From positions 1-23,421 of the forward strand of contig JAWXCN010000162.1 of NCBI GenBank assembly GCA_034408725.1: a stretch of DNA of 23,421 nucleotides, read 5' to 3'. Numbering within the stretch: position 1 is the first letter of the stretch; every line of letters begins with the position of its first letter. This DNA comes from Candidatus Hydrogenedentota bacterium. Lineage in GTDB: Bacteria > Hydrogenedentota > Hydrogenedentia > Hydrogenedentales > SLHB01. Positions 9,213 to 16,959 of the stretch are shown in pieces. The notes below the pieces were generated by a model. That model did not search any database, was not told the origin of the DNA, and saw only the letters and a program-made list of their open reading frames with translations. The position numbers and the translations under genes are program-made.

Positions 9213-9369
9213 GATCTGCCTCTTCCTGCGCGTGCCCGGCACGCAACTCCACCCCCAGGTTATGAGCGGGAATCAATACGGGCCGCGGCAGGTACACGGA
9301 AAACAATGATAACAATGTGCGTGTACCAACGCAAACGGGAGCGACTTTATCCCCGCACAAGCGCCTATT

Positions 9370-9488
9370 TTCGTGCTCGTGCGCGTCTTTGTGCGCGTTC
9401 TCGTGCTCGTCATCGTACTCGTAGTTTCTAGTGATTGATCCAACGATAATCGATTACGAAGACGAGCAAGAGCACGAGAAGACACGAA
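9370..9488. repeat. Inverted pair of degenerate hexamer tandem arrays, (CTCGTG)n ... (CACGAG)n
   Basis: Nine 6-nt units at 9370-9423 (TTCGTG CTCGTG CGCGTC TTTGTG CGCGTT CTCGTG CTCGTC ATCGTA CTCGTA). Complementary arm TCGAT TACGAA GACGAG CAAGAG CACGAG at 9450-9488. Confidence 0.8.
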
Positions 9489-9533
9489 CGGAAACGCGCT
9501 CAACTTATGCATCACGCCAGCGCCGTTCTCCTC

Positions 9534-9557
9534 AATCCAAAATCTAAAATCCAAAAT
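9534..9557. repeat. STRR-like heptamer tandem repeat (AATCYAA)3
   Basis: AATCCAA AATCTAA AATCCAA AAT, ending 2 bp from the SDR stop codon. Confidence 0.75.
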
Positions 9558-9559
9558 TC

Positions 9560-10321
9560 CTACGCCGTATATCCGCCGTCACAAGTAATAACTGCGCCGG
9601 ACGTGTAGCTCGACGCGTCCGACGCAAGAAACACCGCGGCGCCAACCATCTCGTTCGGTTGGGCGTGACGGCCCATTGGCGTGCGCGAGGTGAAGTGTTC
9701 AAGCATTTCGGGTGAGTCGATCAGCACTTGCGCAAACTTCGTTTCGACAAGCCCCGGCGCAATCGCGTTGCAGCGCACGCCTGCGCCGGACAACTCTTTT
9801 GCAAACATCTTCGTCATGGCCAGCACTGCCGCTTTGGTGACGCCGTAAATACCCTGCATCGGCGGCGGCGAGATTCCTGCGATGGATGCGACATTGATGA
9901 TCGATCCTTTGCCTTGTTCGACCATCATGCGCGCGGCGTGTTGCGCCATGAGGAAGTACCCCTTGACGTTCACTTCAAAGGTCTTGTCGAACGCGCTTTC
10001 GGGAATGTCTATCGAAGGGCCGAAGTACGGATTGGCCGCGGCATTGTTCACCAAAATATCGACGCGGCCAAACTCTGCTTTCACCCGCGCGTACAACGAC
10101 TCGATGGCCGAGGTCTGTCCAGTGTGGCACGCGATGCCCACGGCCGTGCCGCCGGACTTGATGATGTCTTGCGCCACGGCGTCAACACCATCCTGTTTTC
10201 GCGAACACACAATTACCGTCGCGCCCTGTTCGGCAAAGCCCTTCGCAATCGCCTCGCCGATCCCACGGCTGCCACCCGTCACTATCGCCACTCTGTCTTT
10301 CAAACTGAAATCAACCATCAC
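9560..10321 (-). CDS. Classical short-chain dehydrogenase/reductase (DHRS4-like)
   Basis: TGGSRGIG, VNNAA, Ser in NVASIAG, YGVTK (YxxxK), NAIAPGLVETKF and DGG. Start is GTG 10321 or ATG 10318, with AAGGGGA upstream. Confidence 0.93.
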   Translation of the reverse strand: MMVDFSLKDRVAIVTGGSRGIGEAIAKGFAEQGATVIVCSRKQDGVDAVAQDIIKSGGTAVGIACHTGQTSAIESLYARVKAEFGRVDILVNNAAANPYFGPSIDIPESAFDKTFEVNVKGYFLMAQHAARMMVEQGKGSIINVASIAGISPPPMQGIYGVTKAAVLAMTKMFAKELSGAGVRCNAIAPGLVETKFAQVLIDSPEMLEHFTSRTPMGRHAQPNEMVGAAVFLASDASSYTSGAVITCDGGYTA

Positions 10322-10370
10322 TGTAGTTCCCCTTCCCTTCGCCCAGTTTTTTCCGCGCCGCGGGCGCCTT

Positions 10371-10430
10371 CTCTATGTTCTCTGTGGCTTGCTTCTTCAA
10401 TTTCTCGTCCACTGCGTCCACAAAGTCCAC
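10371..10430. repeat. Two short 9-nt-period tandem motifs
   Basis: CTCTATGTTCTCTGTGGCT (10371-10389), related to the units at 11487-11797. GTCCAC occurs three times at exact 9-nt spacing (10407, 10416, 10425). Confidence 0.55.
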
Positions 10431-10475
10431 CACCTCATCTGAGTCATCCGCGCAATCGGAGTTTCTTCACTTGCC

Positions 10476-11468
10476 CTACGCCCCGTGCGAAATTATATGA
10501 CGCACAATCGCCGGACCGTGATCTCGGCTGTTTTCGATGAACACAATATTCGATTCCTGTCCCGCGCACAGCGTGCCTGCAACGTACATGCCCGGCACGT
10601 TGGTTTCGAAATGTTCGCTGAGCACGGGCTTGCCGCAGGTTTGGTCAATGGTTGCGCCCAGTGAATCCACCAGTGAAGTATCCGGTTCATAGCCGGTCAT
10701 CGCCAGCACAAAATCGTTCGGCACGACAATGTCTTTGCCGTATTGATCTCGCAGCACAACATCGTCGGGCCGAATCTCCGCAACCTCGGCGTTTCGATAA
10801 CACGTGATCGAACCTTCCGCAATCCGGTTTTCAATATCGGGCTCGATCCAGTATTTCGTCTCGAACCGGTCGCCGCGCATGGCGATGGTCACGCGCGTTC
10901 CATTGCGCCACAGCTCAAGCGCAATCTCCGCAGCACTGCTGCCTCCGCCAACTATCAGCACGTCGTGATCGGCGTACCAATGCGCTTCGGTGTACCGGTG
11001 CGACACCTTCGGCAAATTTTCTCCGGGGACGTTCATGGGACGCGGACTATCGTAAAAACCCGTCGCCACAACAACGTACCGCGATCGCCACGTGCGTTCG
11101 CGGCCAAACAGGTCTTTCGCGGCCACCTCGAACACGTCCCGCGCGCGCCGCAATGAGGTTACTTCGTGATACGTGGCGATCTTCAAATCGAAGTACCGCA
11201 CAAACGTCCGGCAATATTTCAGATACTCCTGCCGCGTCGGGTTCTTCTCGGTAATGACTAGCGGAAACCCCGCCAGTTCAAGTTTGTCGAATGTCGAAAA
11301 CCACCGCATATAGGTCGGATGCGAACACAACGCGCTACACACCGGCCCCTTGTCAATCGCAACCGCGTCCAGCCCTGATTCCTTGGCGGCGTGCAATACC
11401 CCCAAAGCGGCAGGACCCGCGCCAACGCAGACAATATCGAGGGTTTTATCTATTCCGTAGGTATTCAT
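10476..11468 (-). CDS. ypdA: YpdA-family FAD/NADPH-dependent disulfide reductase (putative bacillithiol disulfide reductase-like)
   Basis: VGAGPAAL FAD motif; 'HPTYMRWFSTFDKLEL...NPTRQEYLKY'; ATGFYDSP; SHRYTEAH; GGGSSAAE; AMTGYEPD; C-terminal FIENSRDHG. Start taken as ATG 11468 because the extra 30 codons in the ORF track run through the repeat cassette. Confidence 0.82.
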   Translation of the reverse strand: MNTYGIDKTLDIVCVGAGPAALGVLHAAKESGLDAVAIDKGPVCSALCSHPTYMRWFSTFDKLELAGFPLVITEKNPTRQEYLKYCRTFVRYFDLKIATYHEVTSLRRARDVFEVAAKDLFGRERTWRSRYVVVATGFYDSPRPMNVPGENLPKVSHRYTEAHWYADHDVLIVGGGSSAAEIALELWRNGTRVTIAMRGDRFETKYWIEPDIENRIAEGSITCYRNAEVAEIRPDDVVLRDQYGKDIVVPNDFVLAMTGYEPDTSLVDSLGATIDQTCGKPVLSEHFETNVPGMYVAGTLCAGQESNIVFIENSRDHGPAIVRHIISHGA

Positions 11469-11486
11469 AATAACGATACATTTTTT

Positions 11487-11797
11487 AACCACGGAGAACG
11501 CGGAGGGTTCAATACATTTATTCACCACGAAGGCACGAAGAACACGAAGGGAATACAAATACCATGAAAGTTATGAAAGAGAAATTATAACTGCCGTAAA
11601 CTCGCCGTTGATGTTCTTTTGAGTTAAATTTTTCGTTTACTTTGTGCCTTCGTGTCTTCGTGTGCAAAAATCCCAAAAATAAATCCCCGTGTCCCCGTGG
11701 TAATATTTTCTGAATCATCCGATTTTCTTCGTGATCTTCGTGTCTCCGTGGTGATTCCTTTTGATTCTTTCTCCGTGATCTCCGTGTCTCCGTGGTT
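11487..11797. repeat. Nested inverted-repeat cassette of CCACG(G/A)AG-type 8-9-nt tandem units
   Basis: Forward arms at 11487-11505 and 11523-11549; reverse arms at 11640-11664, 11685-11701, 11727-11753 and 11771-11797; separated by AT-rich spacers. Confidence 0.85.
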
Positions 11798-12843
11798 CAA
11801 ATCATCCGGTTTTCCATCAGGTATTTGAAACTCGCCGCATTCTCTTTCGTGACCACCGGGTTATCGATGGCGATAAACGGCGGCACCTGGTCCTTCTTCT
11901 GCCCCATCGCACATGCGAAGTACCCAACCATCAACGCGGTCAAATGTATCCGTCCGGCGGCGTTCATCGCCGAACAAATCAGATCGCCGCTCATCACGCC
12001 GGAGATGCCGCGTTCCTGCGCGTCGATGCTGCCGAAGATCACTTTGCGGTCTTTTCCCGACCGCTTAATCGCCTGCACCGCGGCCATCGCCATGTCGTCG
12101 TTATGACAAAATGCGCCGTCGATTTGATCGTACTTCACCAGCAGATCGTCCCAAATCTGGCCGACCTTGTTGATGTCCCAATCGCCCGGCTGTTCATCGA
12201 TCACTTCTATTTCAGGATATTTCGCAATCACGTTCCGGAAACCTTTTGCGCGGAGTTGCGCGCCCGAATGCGCCAGCGCGCCTTGCGTGTGGACGATTTT
12301 CCCCTTGCCGCCCATCGCCTGGACAACCATTCCGGTCGCCTGCTCGGCAAGCTTCTCGTGGTCCGGCGCCATGAACGTCCACAGGCCAATGTCCGTACCC
12401 TCTGGCACGATCCGCGTATCAAAATCGATGACCGGAATACCTTTATCGATCAGCCGGCGCACCGGTGCTTCCAACGTCTGGATTGCGTACGCCTGCATCG
12501 CGACGAAGTCCCATTCTTTCGTCGCCATGTCCTCGATGTCCTGCCGCTGCTTGTCGATATTCAGTTGGGAATCATAGATCGTGACGTCGATACCCAACCG
12601 GTCGGCCCACCATTTGACGGTGTCCATGCCGTGCGCGCACCACGTAGCCTTCAGTCCCGCATTCGAGAACGCCGCCTTATACCGTTTGCCGCCCGGCGCA
12701 GCGACTGTAACTCCAGCGGGCATCGCGTTACCCGGTGCATTCACCGCCGCACCCGGGCCGCACCCCATCATCCCCGCCAATCCGCCCACAAGTACCGACG
12801 AAGTAGACCATTGAAGAAACGCGCGGCGGGTATCATCTTGCAT
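11797..12843 (-). CDS. Sugar ABC transporter substrate-binding protein (RbsB-like, class I), predicted Tat lipoprotein
   Basis: TRRAFLQ twin-arginine motif, h-region and lipobox-like MMG|C; GIPVIDFD; GALAHSGAQLRAKGF; PGDWD; AFCHNDDMAMAA; GSIDA. GGGGAGGA SD upstream. Confidence 0.9.
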   Translation of the reverse strand: MQDDTRRAFLQWSTSSVLVGGLAGMMGCGPGAAVNAPGNAMPAGVTVAAPGGKRYKAAFSNAGLKATWCAHGMDTVKWWADRLGIDVTIYDSQLNIDKQRQDIEDMATKEWDFVAMQAYAIQTLEAPVRRLIDKGIPVIDFDTRIVPEGTDIGLWTFMAPDHEKLAEQATGMVVQAMGGKGKIVHTQGALAHSGAQLRAKGFRNVIAKYPEIEVIDEQPGDWDINKVGQIWDDLLVKYDQIDGAFCHNDDMAMAAVQAIKRSGKDRKVIFGSIDAQERGISGVMSGDLICSAMNAAGRIHLTALMVGYFACAMGQKKDQVPPFIAIDNPVVTKENAASFKYLMENRMI

Positions 12844-12915
12844 GGAATATCCTCCCCAAAAAATGTCGCGCCAAGTCTAACACCCACGCGGGAACGGATG
12901 CGATAGCATGAATAG

Positions 12916-12955
12916 GCACGGATCAGCACGGACTGACAAGGACTGACACGGACGT
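12916..12955. repeat. Tandem 10-nt repeat, four copies (RCACGGACTG)
   Basis: GCACGGATCA GCACGGACTG ACAAGGACTG ACACGGACGT. Confidence 0.7.
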
Positions 12956-12984
12956 GCCTCGAACCTGTGCTGCAAAAGCGCGCT

Positions 12985-13105
12985 GTTCTGGCCGGTCTAC
13001 CCTCCGTGTTGGGGCCGGTCTCCGCGTTGCGTTGTGGCCGGTCTCACGACCGCGCCACCTCGCTGACCGCAGGTCTCCAAAATCCACCGCCACCTCGCTG
13101 ACCGC
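12985..13105. repeat. REP-like element with partial tandem duplications
   Basis: GTTnnGGCCGGTCT at 12985, 13008 and 13031 (23-bp period); hairpin GTGGCCGGTC-TCAC-GACCGCGCCAC (13034-13058); exact 18-bp direct repeat CGCCACCTCGCTGACCGC at 13053-13070 and 13088-13105. Confidence 0.7.
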
Positions 13106-13349
13106 TTTTCGCGGTTGCCGAGCGGCGAATGGCCTTATACAAATGGCCCGCGATGTTGCAGTCCGTACGGTGGACATCGGGAAGATGGACGGCCGATTAA
13201 AAACAAGGGTCCTTGATGGATATGCGAGCTCACAAGGAAATTGGCATCGCGCAAGCCCGGAAGATTTTTACGAAGCCAGCATAGACTCCCGACGCACCGT
13301 GTCGTATGATGCGCCGGTTGTGTGTAAACAAAATCTTCGGGAGCCTGCC

Positions 13350-15440
13350 ATGCGCATTTTTACTGTTCTCTCGCTGTGTCTTTTTGGTTGCGCTGCGTTC
13401 GCGCAGGCGACAAGCTCTCTGACGCTCTACGTCGCGCCGAACGGCAATGACGCGTGGACCGGGGCATTGTCCGCACCAAATGCCGACGGAACAGACGGCC
13501 CGTTCGCAACGATCACCGGCGCGCGCGACGCGATACGCAGACTGAAAGCGACCGTGTCCGCGCCGATCGACGTGCAGATTCGCGCAGGCATATACCGAAT
13601 CGCCGAGCCACTAACCTTTACATCCGAAGATTCCGGCACGGAATTGGGCCGCATCACCTATACCAACTTCAGCTACGAGAAACCCGTCATTAGCGGCGGT
13701 GCAGCGATTACGAACTGGAAACAGGAAGGCAACCTCTGGGTGGCCGAATTGCCAGAGGTTGCATCCGGCGCCTGGAATTTTACTGCGCTGTGGGTGAACG
13801 GCGAATACCGCTGGCGCGCGCGCACGCCTAACGAAGGCTACCTGCGCACGGCGGGCAAGGCGCCCGCCGAGAAAAACGAAAAAGGCGAAGACGTTCCATC
13901 GAAGACCGCATTCAAATTCACGCCCGGCGATATCCAGCATTGGGAAAACCTCGAAGACGCGATGGTGGTCGTCATGCACTCGTGGGACACGTCGCACCAT
14001 CACATCAAAGCCATCGACGACGCAAACCAGATCGTGACGTTTACCGGCGGTAGCGGCGCGTGGCCGTTCGAGAACTGGGGGCCGCGCCAGCGATATTACG
14101 TGGAAAGTATCCGCGAAGGGTTGGACGCGCCGGGCGAATGGTATCTCGACCGTAAGAAGGGCCTGCTTTACTATTGGCCAAAAGAAGGCGAAGACCCGGC
14201 GAAGACCGAAGTCATTGCGCCGAAGGCGAACAACATTATCGTGTTTGACGGCAAACCCGCAGAAGGCAAGTTCATCGATTACCTCACGTTTCGCGGACTT
14301 GGGCTGCACCACACCAACCATGTGTTGCCCATCGAGGGGCTGCCCAATCAGCAGGCCGCGCATTCCGTCGCGGGCGCGATCGACGGCAATGGCGCGCGGA
14401 ACTGCATCATCGATGATTGCGAGATCGCGCACATTGCCACTTATGGCCTATGGTTGCGTGAAGGCTGCTCTGACAACCTCGTGCGCAAAACACACATCCA
14501 CGACATGGGCGCGGGCGGTGTGCGCATCGGCATCGGCGCCGATCCAAAATCAGATGGCGAAGCCACGTTGCGCAACACCGTCGAAAACAACTGGATTCAC
14601 GACGGCGGCAAAAAGTATCCCGCGGCCGTCGGCGTGATCATTCAGCGCAGTTCATACAATCGCGTCGCGCACAACGAAATCAGCGATATTTATTACACCG
14701 GCGTGTCGGTAGGCTGGTCGTGGGGGTATCAGCCGAGCAGCGCGAACCATAACATCGTCGAATACAACCATATCCACGACATTGGCAAATACGTGCTGAG
14801 CGACATGGGCGGTATCTACACGCTCGGCATCGCGCCGGGCACGACGCTGCGGTACAACCATATTCACGATGTGTATTCGTATTACTACGGCGGCTGGGGC
14901 ATTTACCCCGATGAAGGCAGTTCGGACCTGCTCATTGAGAACAACGTTGTGTACAACACGAAAACCGGCGGGTTCCACCAGCATTACGGTAAGGAAAACC
15001 GCGTTCGCAACAATATTTTTGCGTTCGCCATCGAAGGCAATGTGATCCGTTCGCGCGAAGAAGAACACGTCTCATTTATCTTCGAACGCAACATCGTGGT
15101 CTTCGACAATGCGAAGCCGCTTGGCAGCACGTGGAAAAACGGAAATTTCCGGTTGGACTACAATTGCTGGTGGGACACGAAAAACACCGGGTTCACTTTC
15201 CTCGACAAAAGTTTCGCGGATTGGCAAGCCGCCGGGAACGATGTGCATACGATCGTCGAAGACCCGCTCTTCGAAAACGCCGAAGCCCGCGACTTCCGCC
15301 TGAAACCCGAATCCCCCGCGATCACGAAACTCGGCTTCAAACCCATCGACATCACCAAAGCCGGCCTCTATGGAGACGCCGCCTGGGTAGACGCACCTAA
15401 ACAAATAAAACGCGAACTCGTGAGCCAGCCAACGGATTAG
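13350..15440 (+). CDS. Secreted right-handed parallel beta-helix protein, GH141-like glycoside hydrolase
   Basis: ATG 13350 after GGGAG; signal peptide MRIFTVLSLCLFGCAAFA|Q; YVAPNGNDAWTG...DGPFATITGARDAIR; LDAPGEWYLD; Asn-ladder repeats (ENNWIHD, EYNHIHD); SDMGGIYTLG and GIYPDEGSS acidic motifs. Substrate cannot be determined from sequence. Confidence 0.82.
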   Translation: MRIFTVLSLCLFGCAAFAQATSSLTLYVAPNGNDAWTGALSAPNADGTDGPFATITGARDAIRRLKATVSAPIDVQIRAGIYRIAEPLTFTSEDSGTELGRITYTNFSYEKPVISGGAAITNWKQEGNLWVAELPEVASGAWNFTALWVNGEYRWRARTPNEGYLRTAGKAPAEKNEKGEDVPSKTAFKFTPGDIQHWENLEDAMVVVMHSWDTSHHHIKAIDDANQIVTFTGGSGAWPFENWGPRQRYYVESIREGLDAPGEWYLDRKKGLLYYWPKEGEDPAKTEVIAPKANNIIVFDGKPAEGKFIDYLTFRGLGLHHTNHVLPIEGLPNQQAAHSVAGAIDGNGARNCIIDDCEIAHIATYGLWLREGCSDNLVRKTHIHDMGAGGVRIGIGADPKSDGEATLRNTVENNWIHDGGKKYPAAVGVIIQRSSYNRVAHNEISDIYYTGVSVGWSWGYQPSSANHNIVEYNHIHDIGKYVLSDMGGIYTLGIAPGTTLRYNHIHDVYSYYYGGWGIYPDEGSSDLLIENNVVYNTKTGGFHQHYGKENRVRNNIFAFAIEGNVIRSREEEHVSFIFERNIVVFDNAKPLGSTWKNGNFRLDYNCWWDTKNTGFTFLDKSFADWQAAGNDVHTIVEDPLFENAEARDFRLKPESPAITKLGFKPIDITKAGLYGDAAWVDAPKQIKRELVSQPTD

Positions 15441-16786
15441 AAATTTTCCAATTGGCGCAATTTCGATTCAAGTTCAGGCACAGGAATGAAGAACTGCGTG
15501 CGATTGACTTTGTTAACTTTTAATAGCCCGCGCGAAACAAGAGTCATTAAGTCAGTCCGGCCCGTTTCATACACGATGTTGTGACTCATTCGATGTGATT
15601 CGATCGTATAGCGGTGACCCGGATGGCGCAAAGCGTGCGATATTAGTGCCTGCTGCCGGTGATTAAGACTTGACATTCCTCGAAGCTGCCGTTCGAGCAG
15701 TTGAGTTTGCCGCGTCTTAATCTCTATGTATTCGTGGAGTTCGACAATCGCCCTAAGGATGACCTTTAAATTGAATATTAGGAAGTATGTGAGATCATTA
15801 TCGTCAGTTTCCGTGTAAAGAAATGCTCGTCCGTACTTTGCGGGCGCATTCCGAAGTATTCTTGAAATGGATACGAATTCGAACAACCAATACCCATGAT
15901 GCAACATTGACCAATAAAACAGCGCTCTCGCCGTTCTTCCGTTTCCATCTACAAAAGGATGATCATATGCCAGCCAAAAATGCAGGATTATCGAGCGTAA
16001 CACGGGGTGCAGAAATTGGCTGGGCGTTTTTCCGTTTGCAAAATCGCACATGGCCTTCATGCGCGCTTCGAGTTGATCCGCCGGTGGCGGCACATGGACA
16101 ACTTCATCCCGGTCATTATTGGTCACGTTGACGGCTTCGTGCGGACCTCTAAGTCGGCCACCTTCTCCTGGATCATCAAGAGTTCTATCGGTAACAAAAC
16201 TATGAATTTCAAGCACCATTTCCATGCTTAAATTTCTCTGTTTTATTTCCGCAATGTGCCTCATTGTCAAGTAATTGTTGTATATCATACGCTCACTCTT
16301 ATCGCGAGGTCCCCTTCCGCTCCGAATCATGTCCGCCGCGACTTTGCGCGTGGTGGTTGCTCCCTCCAACTGACTGGATGTAACGGCTTCTTCGATTAGG
16401 CTGTTTACGTAATAGCGATCTCGCGTATTCGGATTCAAGATTTGCTGTGGCATCTCGATTCGTCCTCCCGCGCCCAAGTCCGTTCGGTGCAGCTGTTCGG
16501 TAATAAATGGGATTTCAGCGATGTATTGGAACGGTTTTTCCTTTTTGTCAAGAAGTGGCAGCGGACGGAAAAGTGCTTTTCGGCTTGATTTCATGAACGT
16601 CCACCATTGTTCATGGGTGAGACCTTCGAAGCTTGGTTGTCGGATAAGTTCATCCCAATGCAGGTACTTACCGTTTGCGAGAGGGGTGTAGGCGGCGCTT
16701 GAGATTCCTTTTTGGAAAACTTCAGGATTTTCAATCAGATCCTGGATGAGGTGTGAGAATTCTGGAGGTGTTTTCGGGATACGCAT
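15437..16786 (-). CDS. Fic family protein (class II, internal inhibitory helix) with C-terminal winged HTH
   Basis: Canonical HPFVDGNGRTAR; inhibitory (S/T)xxxE(G/N) motif SSQLEG N-terminal to the Fic core; C-terminal 'IVYETGRTDLMTLVSRGLL' is wHTH-like. Visibly more AT-rich than its neighbours; 4-bp convergent overlap with the beta-helix gene. Confidence 0.93.
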   Translation of the reverse strand: MRIPKTPPEFSHLIQDLIENPEVFQKGISSAAYTPLANGKYLHWDELIRQPSFEGLTHEQWWTFMKSSRKALFRPLPLLDKKEKPFQYIAEIPFITEQLHRTDLGAGGRIEMPQQILNPNTRDRYYVNSLIEEAVTSSQLEGATTTRKVAADMIRSGRGPRDKSERMIYNNYLTMRHIAEIKQRNLSMEMVLEIHSFVTDRTLDDPGEGGRLRGPHEAVNVTNNDRDEVVHVPPPADQLEARMKAMCDFANGKTPSQFLHPVLRSIILHFWLAYDHPFVDGNGRTARALFYWSMLHHGYWLFEFVSISRILRNAPAKYGRAFLYTETDDNDLTYFLIFNLKVILRAIVELHEYIEIKTRQTQLLERQLRGMSSLNHRQQALISHALRHPGHRYTIESHRMSHNIVYETGRTDLMTLVSRGLLKVNKVNRTQFFIPVPELESKLRQLENF

Positions 16787-16834
16787 TCACGCAAGCCCCT
16801 GAAGTGCATTTACTTGCAGATATACCAAGTTAAA

Positions 16835-16906
16835 ACTAATTCGTGCTTAATTAGTATATGATCCAGCAGCAACTTTGTCAATAAAACTATTTTTGCATGA
16901 ATTAGT
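16835..16906 (-). promoter_or_regulatory. Near-consensus sigma70 promoter of fic with two flanking palindromic operators
   Basis: Minus strand TTGACA (16881-16876), 17 bp spacer, TATACT (16858-16853). Palindromes ACTAATT-N7-AATTAGT (16835-16855) and ACTATTT-N7-AATTAGT (16886-16906). Confidence 0.75.
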
Positions 16907-16959
16907 TTTTGGTTTAGTATCCGCAAAGCATTGACAAAAAAGCACTTATGCAATGTCTG

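Noticed and set aside
9273-9554. 93-aa ORF with MDFRFWI start and a TSTRTRTKTRT tract
   Set aside because: Its low-complexity sequence is simply the translation of the heptamer and hexamer DNA repeats.
11469-11718. ypdA N-terminal extension and the 66-aa ORF 11518-11718
   Set aside because: Both are translations of the repeat arms (LRVLRAFVV, PSCSSCLRG); no GxxExxY or other recognisable domain is present.
11487-13105. CRISPR array interpretation of the repeat clusters
   Set aside because: Units are short, degenerate and partly inverted, without uniform 30-40-bp spacers, and no cas genes are present.
12954-13349. 132-codon N-terminal extension of the beta-helix ORF
   Set aside because: It runs through REP-like repeats; a clear SD and signal peptide begin at ATG 13350.
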